A stretch of 64,000 nucleotides of DNA, from IMG/VR virus record IMGVR_UViG_3300030329_005813, positions 32,001 through 96,000 of that record; one strand, written 5' to 3'. A model generated the notes under the pieces. That model was given only the letters and a program-made list of their open reading frames with translations. It was not told where the DNA came from and made no database searches. This stretch comes from a virus. The position numbers and the translations under genes were made by a program. Shown in pieces: positions 10,474-17,949 of this stretch; the first letter of the stretch is position 1, and each line of letters begins with the position of its first letter.

Positions 10474-10623
10474 TTATGCTTTGCCCTGACCACGATACTT
10501 TTTTCTGTAGCCCTTGGGCACTGTACCGCCAGAGTTCTTTGATTTATACTTAGTATTCTTGCTGTTTCCAATACTTGTTTTTTTAGCCCTCCCATCGGGA
10601 GACCAACCACTTTTAGCTGCCAT
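10474..10623 (-). CDS. Small basic protein (49 aa) ending KKYRGQGKA
   Basis: Translated by hand: MAAKSGWSPDGRAKKTSIGNSKNTKYKSKNSGGTVPKGYRKKYRGQGKA. Coupled to the glutaredoxin stop and missed by the ORF track. Confidence 0.75.
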   Translation of the reverse strand: MAAKSGWSPDGRAKKTSIGNSKNTKYKSKNSGGTVPKGYRKKYRGQGKA

Positions 10624-10943
10624 TATAAACTCCTTCGAAGCCTAGAGACTTCCTCTCTCAAGATTAAAACTTCTTCGCGAATTGCTTTAAGGCGGAAATT
10701 TGAGGATTCGCTTAATTTGACCAAATCATCGCATCCACCAATAAATTCATCTCCCAAAAAGATAACTGGGACTGTTTTTTGGCCCGTGTCTTCAATGATC
10801 ATTTCGCGAAGATTAAGATCTTTCGTGACATCAATTGAGTGTAGGCTGCACTTGAGTTCATTTAAAATCACATCTTTTGCCTTATCACAAAAGGGACATC
10901 CGTCCTTAATGTACATCTTAAACGCCGTTCTATTATCTAACAT
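10623..10943 (-). CDS. Glutaredoxin
   Basis: CPFC, TVPVIF, IGGCDD. Confidence 0.92.
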   Translation of the reverse strand: MLDNRTAFKMYIKDGCPFCDKAKDVILNELKCSLHSIDVTKDLNLREMIIEDTGQKTVPVIFLGDEFIGGCDDLVKLSESSNFRLKAIREEVLILREEVSRLRRSL

Positions 10944-10946
10944 TAC

Positions 10947-11225
10947 TTATTCTCCATTTTCTCGGTTTGAAGTGTCTAAAGGAACATTTTCTATTAAATT
11001 CTCTGGTAACAAGAGCTTCCATAATTCACCATACAAATCTAAAAGAATAGATTTATCCGTATTGGGAATTTGCAACTCGCTGTGTTCTTCTTCTGTGATG
11101 AACCTATTTCTTTTAAGAGTAGTTAATACCATATTTGTCATTAAATTGATATCTTTTTCTTCTAGGTTTGATCCTTCTGGCAAGGCCGCTATTAATGTGG
11201 CTTTAATTTGATCGGTTAAGTTCAA
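10947..11225 (-). CDS. Hypothetical protein
   Basis: 92-aa ORF in operon. Confidence 0.55.
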   Translation of the reverse strand: MNLTDQIKATLIAALPEGSNLEEKDINLMTNMVLTTLKRNRFITEEEHSELQIPNTDKSILLDLYGELWKLLLPENLIENVPLDTSNRENGE

Positions 11226-11446
11226 TCTTTCTTCTCTTGGTCGGGTACTGGGCGCAAATAATAAACTTTTTTCTTATTCGGGGGCTCTTCTTCATATTCT
11301 TGCATTTGACGAAACAAATCTTCAGCAGTTTTTACAGAACCGCGAAAATAACCCTCGTCGTAAGCTGACTTCCAAGTATAACGCTCCACTGCAAATGTCC
11401 ACCCTACAAAACCAGCAATACAAATAATAATTAGTATCTCATTCAC
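11222..11446 (-). CDS. Small membrane protein
   Basis: N-terminal hydrophobic helix; GTG start within the last junction repeat. Confidence 0.6.
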   Translation of the reverse strand: MNEILIIICIAGFVGWTFAVERYTWKSAYDEGYFRGSVKTAEDLFRQMQEYEEEPPNKKKVYYLRPVPDQEKKD

Positions 11447-11808
11447 TCTTCGCACCCCTGTACAACAATAGCCACAAAGTCATCGCCATCGAGAACCCAA
11501 TGACGCCTAGCAACAATCGTGTCTTCTCCAAATGCATTTAAATCTGATAGGGCTTCCTGCAAATAGTCAGGCATTGAACTCCACGGGATAGTACCAATAG
11601 TGGCGAAAAGAGAGCTTGGATCCTTGTCACCTATCGTCTCTACATCTTGCGGTGTCAGCATAGCAGTCATAACCTCTGCTGCGTGATGTGGGCATTCGTA
11701 GTCCATTTCTTTGTGATCAAAAGAAACAAACTGATTGTAAAGTGTACCTCCAACAAAAGTGCCTTCTTTTGGTTTGGACTCGATCCAAAGCGGTCCTTCA
11801 ATTTTCAC
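11443..11808 (-). CDS. Hypothetical cassette protein (ends GCEE)
   Basis: Bounded by junction repeats. Confidence 0.7.
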   Translation of the reverse strand: MKIEGPLWIESKPKEGTFVGGTLYNQFVSFDHKEMDYECPHHAAEVMTAMLTPQDVETIGDKDPSSLFATIGTIPWSSMPDYLQEALSDLNAFGEDTIVARRHWVLDGDDFVAIVVQGCEE

Positions 11809-11993
11809 TCTTCACTCTCCAGTTTATCCGCTAGCTTCTCAAGTTCCTTCATTACCATAACATAACTAATGTTTCCCGGCAAACCATCTGGTAAGACGCG
11901 CTCTATCAAATGAAGGTTCTGAGGCGGGTTTAAACAACCTTTTTTAAGTGCCTCTGCTTGATTCCTTAATATTTCTGCAATAATAAAATTCAT
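11805..11993 (-). CDS. Hypothetical cassette protein (ends ESEE)
   Basis: Bounded by junction repeats. Confidence 0.7.
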   Translation of the reverse strand: MNFIIAEILRNQAEALKKGCLNPPQNLHLIERVLPDGLPGNISYVMVMKELEKLADKLESEE

Positions 11994-12175
11994 TCTTCGC
12001 TCTCCACTCTTATAAGTTCAAACTCTTCATATCTGTAAACAATCGGGTGTTCGCCACTTCGGTCAATGACCAAATCTTTCTTCCCGGTTGATTGCATTTT
12101 CCACTTTGTATTTAAGCGACGAGTATTAGGGCTTTCGTCAGAGACTTCTACTTTTATTTCTGGTAGGTCTTTCAT
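11990..12175 (-). CDS. Hypothetical cassette protein (ends ESEE)
   Basis: Bounded by junction repeats. Confidence 0.7.
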   Translation of the reverse strand: MKDLPEIKVEVSDESPNTRRLNTKWKMQSTGKKDLVIDRSGEHPIVYRYEEFELIRVESEE

Positions 12176-12333
12176 TCTTCGCTTTCCACGTTTAGGAGTC
12201 TTATGAGTTCATCTTCAAGTTCATCAGTTAATTCCTCAAGAGGATAAAGTTCGGGACTAACCATTGTTTTTTTGTATTCTTTGCTAAACTCAACAATCTT
12301 CCAGCAAATACGTCTTAATTCATTGTCGCTCAT
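12172..12333 (-). CDS. Hypothetical cassette protein, 53 aa (ends ESEE)
   Basis: Translated by hand: MSDNELRRICWKIVEFSKEYKKTMVSPELYPLEELTDELEDELIRLLNVESEE. Missed by the ORF track. Confidence 0.7.
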   Translation of the reverse strand: MSDNELRRICWKIVEFSKEYKKTMVSPELYPLEELTDELEDELIRLLNVESEE

Positions 12334-12545
12334 TCTTCGCTCTCCTCACGAAACACGCCGTTTTCTTCTACCAATACCTTAACATCATATCTCTCAAGAA
12401 ACAAGTCCCACATCTCTTCTCCAACGACAGCACACTCTTTTCCAAAGTAGCCCTTTAGCCACTGGTGTCTCTCCCACGAGTTTGGTAGAGGGACAAAAAT
12501 AGAGTTTACTTCATTGCTAGTTCTAATGAACTTGCACTTTTTCAT
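12330..12545 (-). CDS. Hypothetical cassette protein (ends ESEE)
   Basis: Bounded by junction repeats. Confidence 0.7.
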   Translation of the reverse strand: MKKCKFIRTSNEVNSIFVPLPNSWERHQWLKGYFGKECAVVGEEMWDLFLERYDVKVLVEENGVFREESEE

Positions 12546-12772
12546 TCTTCGCTCTCCACAAGTTCAACATCCTCTAAATAGTCTTCGCTTGTATCGCCTG
12601 TCAAGAAGAATGGATTTCCCTCTGGGATTTCGTTGTCCCACTTTATGACGGCATAGAAGAAGCCTTTAGGCTCCTCTTCAATCGGGTGAATCTCCGTAAT
12701 AGTTCCTGTCCCTCTATTAAACTCGCTGTCAAGGTAGAAAAGACGATCACGAACTCTATCACCGACTTTCAT
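12542..12772 (-). CDS. Hypothetical SH3/KOW-like cassette protein (ends ESEE)
   Basis: True start MKVGDRV at 12772 within the repeat; MKVGDRV...G.IT...IKW pattern. Confidence 0.65.
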   Translation of the reverse strand: MKVGDRVRDRLFYLDSEFNRGTGTITEIHPIEEEPKGFFYAVIKWDNEIPEGNPFFLTGDTSEDYLEDVELVESEE

Positions 12773-13463
12773 TCTTCGCTCTCCGATAAGCACCAACCGC
12801 AACAGGCCATAACTCTTCTGCGATCTCCAAGCAAGCCTCAGCAACCTTTTGTATTTCCCATTGCGCCCCTTCGTGCGTGCGGAGGTCAATGAACTTTAGA
12901 AGATTGTTTAGGTTGACTGTGCCATAATACTCGGTGTACATATTTTGAGGCAGAACGCCTCTTGCTTGCTCTCGGCAAACGCCTGCTTCGATGAGGCTGT
13001 TAAATAATTCCAAAGAAATCCTATTATGTCCTAGGAATGCTTCAGAAGCAGCAACCTTATGTGCTCCAGCAAGAAACAAATCTGGATCAATCAACTCTTC
13101 GACGTTGCTTGCCTGTCGGTTGGACTTGTGTTGAGTACGGAATGCTTCGGGCTCGTAGAACTGGATGTTTACGTCAGTATACCGACGAGAAATTTCATTA
13201 TAGCTCCAAGTCCGATGACGATGATGCTGAGAACGAACGAAGAGGGGGACAGTAAAGCGGAAAGTAATAGTATTATGCTCAAACGTAGACGTGTGCCGAT
13301 GCTTAACCAAATAGCTGATAAGTTTTTTATCCTTTTCATCTAATTCTTCCTTGTGCTTCCCAAAACTGACACGAGCACTATTAACAATAGTAAGATCGTC
13401 ACCCATGTATTGCACGAGATCAACTGTTCCAATTCCATCTCCATATAGCTCGATTGATTTCAT
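12759..13463 (-). CDS. thyX: Flavin-dependent thymidylate synthase
   Basis: ARVS, HTSTFEH, RHRTWSYNEISRRY, EQARGVLP, LR...AQWEI. Confidence 0.97.
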   Translation of the reverse strand: MKSIELYGDGIGTVDLVQYMGDDLTIVNSARVSFGKHKEELDEKDKKLISYLVKHRHTSTFEHNTITFRFTVPLFVRSQHHRHRTWSYNEISRRYTDVNIQFYEPEAFRTQHKSNRQASNVEELIDPDLFLAGAHKVAASEAFLGHNRISLELFNSLIEAGVCREQARGVLPQNMYTEYYGTVNLNNLLKFIDLRTHEGAQWEIQKVAEACLEIAEELWPVAVGAYRRAKNESR

Positions 13464-14468
13464 TTATTCGCCCCATAGAGCTGAACAAATAGTGTCGGTT
13501 ACAATAGCCGTAACCTGATACGGGTCACAATTTGCATTTGGTCTCCGATCTTCAATATAGCCTACTCCCTCGATAGCGACTTGCCACGGAATACGAACTG
13601 AAGCGCCTCGGTCTGAAACGCCCCACTTAAACTCCTTATAGGAACAAGTTTCGTGCAGACCGGTTAAACGTTCTTCAATTTTATCTCCATATACGTGTAT
13701 ATGTTCAGAAGCTTTTACGGCTAGTGCTCTTGCTGCCTGCTCGTAAACTCCCTTTTCAGTACGCATCTCAACGGTAGAATAATTAGTGTGACAGCCGGCG
13801 CCGTTCCAATCTCCCTTAACGGGCTTCGGATCCCAACTAACTGATACGCCATACTTTTCGGCTACGCGCTCCAGTAAGTATCGAGCCAGCCACAAATGAT
13901 CAGCAGCCTTAACTGGTCCTAGAGGACCAACCTGAAACTCCCATTGACCCGGCATTACTTCGGCATTGATACCCGAGATGGCCAGTCCGGCTTGAAGACA
14001 TAATTCAAGATGTTCCTCGACAATTTGCCGACCAAATGCATTGGAGGCACCAACGCTACAATAATACTGTCCTTGCGGAGATGGATATCCAGTTTCTGGG
14101 AATCCTAATGGTCGACCGTCCTTAAACAACGTGTATTCCTGCTCTAGGCCGAACCACGATTCGTGTTTTTCGTACTTTTTGGCCAATTCAACACATTGAT
14201 GCCTAGTGTTTGACTTGTGTGGCGTCATGTCAGGGTTAAGTACCTCGCACAATACCAACGTAGAGTTGGGGCCACGGAGCGGGTCTGGAGTAACCGATAA
14301 GACTGGTTTTAAAACACAATCAGAGCTAGAGCCCTCGGCTTGGTTAGTAGAAGAGCCATCAAACCCCCACAGTGATAAATCATCGTTATTACCGATTACT
14401 TTTGTTTTGCTTCTTAATTGTGGTGTCGGCTCTGTGCCATCAATCCAAATATATTCTGCTAATTTCAT
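13464..14468 (-). CDS. glnII: Glutamine synthetase type II (GlnII/eukaryotic-like)
   Basis: AEYIWIDG, LRSKT, WGFDGSST, GLEQEY, NAEVMPGQWEFQVGP, DWNGAGCH, RLTGLHET, RGASVRIP, YIEDRRP. Confidence 0.95.
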   Translation of the reverse strand: MKLAEYIWIDGTEPTPQLRSKTKVIGNNDDLSLWGFDGSSTNQAEGSSSDCVLKPVLSVTPDPLRGPNSTLVLCEVLNPDMTPHKSNTRHQCVELAKKYEKHESWFGLEQEYTLFKDGRPLGFPETGYPSPQGQYYCSVGASNAFGRQIVEEHLELCLQAGLAISGINAEVMPGQWEFQVGPLGPVKAADHLWLARYLLERVAEKYGVSVSWDPKPVKGDWNGAGCHTNYSTVEMRTEKGVYEQAARALAVKASEHIHVYGDKIEERLTGLHETCSYKEFKWGVSDRGASVRIPWQVAIEGVGYIEDRRPNANCDPYQVTAIVTDTICSALWGE

Positions 14469-14499
14469 TTTGTCTTATACTCTCATTAATTCAATAAAT

Positions 14500-14844
14500 T
14501 TAGGCTTCTTTGCCCTTAATAATTTTCCCACAACAGTTGCACTCAAAAGGTTCAGCCAATTTAGATTCGCTCTCATTATAATTGAAAGTAACTTCCTCAT
14601 CGCTCTCTATATCGCGTAAAGACACTACAAAAAAACTGACAACCTTACAAGTAGGATTACAAGAATGATTAATATATCTACCTACCTTGTCCTCGACGTG
14701 ATATTTCTTAGATACTTGAATAGATGTTCTGGTTGGGCCTGGAACTAGCGTGCCGGTAGTCAAATCACATACCACAGCCCCTTTCTTACAAGGTTCTTTG
14801 AGGTATACACCATATACATCATTTTTAGATGCTACGTAAATCAC
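14500..14844 (-). CDS. SET-domain protein (putative lysine methyltransferase)
   Basis: RYINHSCNP, RDI..DEEVTFNY and post-SET F.C.C. Confidence 0.85.
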   Translation of the reverse strand: MIYVASKNDVYGVYLKEPCKKGAVVCDLTTGTLVPGPTRTSIQVSKKYHVEDKVGRYINHSCNPTCKVVSFFVVSLRDIESDEEVTFNYNESESKLAEPFECNCCGKIIKGKEA

Positions 14845-14851
14845 TTTTTAC

Positions 14852-15118
14852 TCACGCCTCAGGAGGAACAGGAAAATGTATTAGATTTTCATAGACGGAA
14901 TCTTCTTCGGGCTCGTCGATATTAAAAGAATCCGTAACGGCTGATATTTTATTTCTTAGTTGGCCTAAGGCTATAATCATATCCATAGTCTGGTCTACGG
15001 TCCACTCTTCTGGTAGATCACCAGTCCTAAGCCAGCGTTTCCAAGTTACTATCGCCATTTCAATACAGCCTTCCAACATATGCAAGTCAGAAAGTCCAAG
15101 ATCCATTGATTTTTTCAA
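14852..15118 (-). CDS. Hypothetical protein
   Basis: 88-aa ORF in operon. Confidence 0.55.
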   Translation of the reverse strand: MKKSMDLGLSDLHMLEGCIEMAIVTWKRWLRTGDLPEEWTVDQTMDMIIALGQLRNKISAVTDSFNIDEPEEDSVYENLIHFPVPPEA

Positions 15119-15399
15119 TTTTCTTCCCTCATAGACGCCATAATATGATTTCGCTCGATCAGGCTAAAAGAATGTGATTCTACTTGTATGTCCCTAATAA
15201 TATGTGTTGGGATAACTAATAGCTCATCTTTCTTGAAGCTGGCCGCCTCATTAGTGGAATCCCGAATCACTTTGACAACTGAATAAGGACTCTCTTTTGC
15301 TTTGAAATCTTCCGGAAGCAAAACCATAGATTCTTTCTTTTCTTCTGGAGCCTTAACAAGCTCTACTAAAATCCAATTATTTTCTGGCTGTATTCTCAC
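15115..15399 (-). CDS. GroES-like co-chaperonin
   Basis: RIQP.N.WILVE...VLLP...LI.RNHIMA. GTG start with GGAGA RBS; promoter at 15419-15447. Confidence 0.7.
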   Translation of the reverse strand: MRIQPENNWILVELVKAPEEKKESMVLLPEDFKAKESPYSVVKVIRDSTNEAASFKKDELLVIPTHIIRDIQVESHSFSLIERNHIMASMREEN

Positions 15400-15418
15400 T
15401 GTCTCTCCATTTGTATAT

Positions 15419-15447
15419 AATATAACACACTCATATCCACAAGTCAA
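15419..15447 (-). promoter_or_regulatory. Sigma70-type promoter
   Basis: TTGACT-17 bp-TATATT. Confidence 0.7.
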
Positions 15448-15452
15448 GTTAT

Positions 15453-16010
15453 TTAAGAATTGTTTTCGGCCACCTTTTTACACATCTCAATAAAATAGTC
15501 TTGTGGAAACTTGTTTTTCATCCTATTTATGTCTTTATGAACGAACTGAATGTTCTCTTTTGTGTAGCCCTTGTTGCTGTCGATTCTGTCTGGTGACCAA
15601 GTATTCTTGTCAAGTTTTACGCCGGAAAGGGCGCAAACAAAGCCACTCTTCTCTAAAGCCTCGTTCATAGCTTGAATGTTTATTTCAAACGGGATGTTCC
15701 TATCCATTGCTTGACGCTCCGTTCTCCGAAACCTCGCACCCGAAATAAGCCCACAACCCTTCCAACTTGGATTACCGGAGCCATAACTATGTTTCACAGA
15801 GCACTCATAACAACGAGTAGAGGCCCCATTTACTAACTGCGTGCAGTCAGTGGGTTTTTCGGCGCCGCATTTACACTTCACCGAATAATAGTAATAGAAA
15901 TTTTTTCCCTTTTTCAACCGGATCGGCTCTGGATCTAATAATTCCCACGAACCGAACTTATGTCCCTTTGGGAATAGATTTTTGTATTTTGTTTGTCCTT
16001 TTCTTGGCAT
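15453..16010 (-). CDS. Free-standing HNH-like (homing) endonuclease
   Basis: G.KFG.W, CKCG, GNPSWKG, CALSG, SPDRIDSNKGY..ENIQFVH..IN.MK. True start MPRKG after the AAAGGAGG RBS. Confidence 0.8.
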   Translation of the reverse strand: MPRKGQTKYKNLFPKGHKFGSWELLDPEPIRLKKGKNFYYYYSVKCKCGAEKPTDCTQLVNGASTRCYECSVKHSYGSGNPSWKGCGLISGARFRRTERQAMDRNIPFEINIQAMNEALEKSGFVCALSGVKLDKNTWSPDRIDSNKGYTKENIQFVHKDINRMKNKFPQDYFIEMCKKVAENNS

Positions 16011-16017
16011 AATAAAA

Positions 16018-16068
16018 CCTCCTTTCAATAATAAGTAGTTCTTCAAAGCCCTTATCACCGAAAGGAGG
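16018..16068 (-). promoter_or_regulatory. RBS-sequestering hairpin with a late promoter in its loop
   Basis: mRNA CCUCCUUUC (16060-16068) pairs with the RBS GAAAGGAGG (16018-16026); ACTACTTA lies between them at 16032-16039. Confidence 0.8.
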
Positions 16069-16089
16069 CTGTTTTTTATTCAGTCGCCA

Positions 16090-17949
16090 TTAGGTAAGTT
16101 CACAACTTCCGTTGCCTCCACAAGCTATTTCGCCCTGAAGATCGGTGTTGTCTTCGACTTCAATGACGTTTGTAAGATCGACATCAACAAGTGTTTTCAT
16201 CAACTCTTCATATTCTTCCTTAGTGCAGTCAGAAAAGGGAGCTTGGATATACGATCCTCCGTCGTAGGGAAGCACAGATAAACCATTGTAATGTTTACGA
16301 TTTTCCCACATCCACTCGCCCGTCTCTTCCCACTCGTCTTCTCGAATACTAACGGTAGCACTAACGTTATGCGTGTTTTGTCCTTTGCTATGGCCGGGTC
16401 GAATCCACTCCATACTTACTTTTTTAACGCGCTCAAGCATTGAAATAGCACTTTCTGAGCGTGTAATAGCGTTTTGTGGAGATTTTTGTGGCGCTGATAT
16501 AACAGCCGTGTCGTGAGGGCGGAAATAATCGTCCTCGACCAACTCCGGATGAAACTCCGCTAAATAACCGTAAATAGCTTCGTTTTTCCCCACTCGGATT
16601 CGTCGAATGTAGTAGTCATTGTGCCACGCGTGAATTCCAGACGAAGTACCTAGTGTTAAGGAGGTTGTTCCAGCCGGCTTGACGCAAGTGCAGCGAGCAG
16701 CCGGATTAATTCCTAACAATTTAGCGACTCGTGCATTTTCTTCTTTAACGACCTTGGCAGCTGCCTTCATATCTAGATTTAAAACTTTACCTGAGGCAAT
16801 ACCGGTCATAGAAACACCGATTAAAGCATCTTTTTCTGTTGTACGTTGCCAGACTGGACGAAGATAGTGAAAATCTGTGTAAGAAGCTTGCAAAGTACCA
16901 ATAAAGGCAGCTGCACGAACTCGATTTTCATATTCTTCCTGCGTATCGATGTCTGAAACATTAACTTCGGTTAAATTACAGAACTGAAACGGGCGCAGAG
17001 CAATTTCACAACACGGGTTTGTACCCCAGTCCTTATCATATGTAAAATAGAACCCAGGCTCCCCTGCACCAGAAGCTTTTACGCGGCTCCAAAGGTCAAG
17101 AAAAAACTCTTTTGTGACCATATGTCGCATTAAAGCAACTGAGTTGTTTGCTCGGCCACGTTGGGGGTTTTCCTCCCACCAGGAACCAGCTTTGGCGGCG
17201 ATCATTTCATCGTTATCAGCAGAAAAAAGACTAATAAGAGCAGCGCGACGAATTCCGCCGGCTAAAACAGCGTCAGCTATATAACAAACCATATCATGCA
17301 CTTCAATCGGACGTAGCTTATCGCCATTTTCCTTAGACTCAAGTATACCCTCAAGCTTAACTAAGCACTCTTTAAGAGGCTGCGGGCCTGGGGCCTTACC
17401 ACCAGATGTTACTAATCTGGCTCCCTTAGGTCTAATGTCCGAGAAATCGAAACGAAGCTTAGAAGTACCACGAAAATAAGAAGTTACAAGCGCCTTTACA
17501 GCGTCGGCCCACCCTTCAATAGAGTCACCAATAAGATATCGGTAGGTTCTCTTGCCATTTGGTTTATTAATCTCTGGCAATTTATCAACGTGGTGATTTT
17601 GTACCGAATAACCAACCCCAGTGCCACCAAGCAGCAAAAACATAATCTCACCAAAAGCACGGGTGTCGTCAATGGGCATATAGGCGCAGTTAAAGATTCG
17701 GTTGGGTGCAACTTCGATGGGTTTGCCGCCGAACTGCATCGATCTCATAGAAGGAAGTACTTTTTTCTGATGTACATATTCATATGCTTCTTCGATTTCG
17801 TCTTTTAGTTCCGGATATCTTTTAATATGCATAACTTTATTTCTATCGGCCAGTTCCGTAAATGATTCACGGCGATAAGCCTCTTTCAAGTATCTCGCAT
17901 ATTTCATATGTACTGTAATATCTGATAAAATACTAGCTGCTAATTCCAT
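16090..17949 (-). CDS. nrdJ: Class II (adenosylcobalamin-dependent) ribonucleotide reductase
   Basis: PSMRS, FNC, GGTGVG, GGIRRAA, GEPG, TNPCCEI, FCNLTEVN, KPAGTTS, C-terminal ACGGNGSC; no nrdB in window. Confidence 0.93.
   Translation of the reverse strand: MELAASILSDITVHMKYARYLKEAYRRESFTELADRNKVMHIKRYPELKDEIEEAYEYVHQKKVLPSMRSMQFGGKPIEVAPNRIFNCAYMPIDDTRAFGEIMFLLLGGTGVGYSVQNHHVDKLPEINKPNGKRTYRYLIGDSIEGWADAVKALVTSYFRGTSKLRFDFSDIRPKGARLVTSGGKAPGPQPLKECLVKLEGILESKENGDKLRPIEVHDMVCYIADAVLAGGIRRAALISLFSADNDEMIAAKAGSWWEENPQRGRANNSVALMRHMVTKEFFLDLWSRVKASGAGEPGFYFTYDKDWGTNPCCEIALRPFQFCNLTEVNVSDIDTQEEYENRVRAAAFIGTLQASYTDFHYLRPVWQRTTEKDALIGVSMTGIASGKVLNLDMKAAAKVVKEENARVAKLLGINPAARCTCVKPAGTTSLTLGTSSGIHAWHNDYYIRRIRVGKNEAIYGYLAEFHPELVEDDYFRPHDTAVISAPQKSPQNAITRSESAISMLERVKKVSMEWIRPGHSKGQNTHNVSATVSIREDEWEETGEWMWENRKHYNGLSVLPYDGGSYIQAPFSDCTKEEYEELMKTLVDVDLTNVIEVEDNTDLQGEIACGGNGSCELT

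Larger units (their letters stand above)
11443..12784 (-). repeat. Seven copies of the 16-nt junction repeat GGAGAGCGAAGAATGA separating short ORFs
   Basis: Copies at 12769-12784, 12542-12557, 12330-12345 and 11990-12005 (perfect), 12172-12187 (1 mismatch), 11805-11820 (2) and 11443-11458 (3). Confidence 0.92.

Noticed and set aside
11443-12784. CRISPR array
   Set aside because: Repeats are only 16 nt, the intervals are 158-362 bp whole ORFs, and there are no cas genes.
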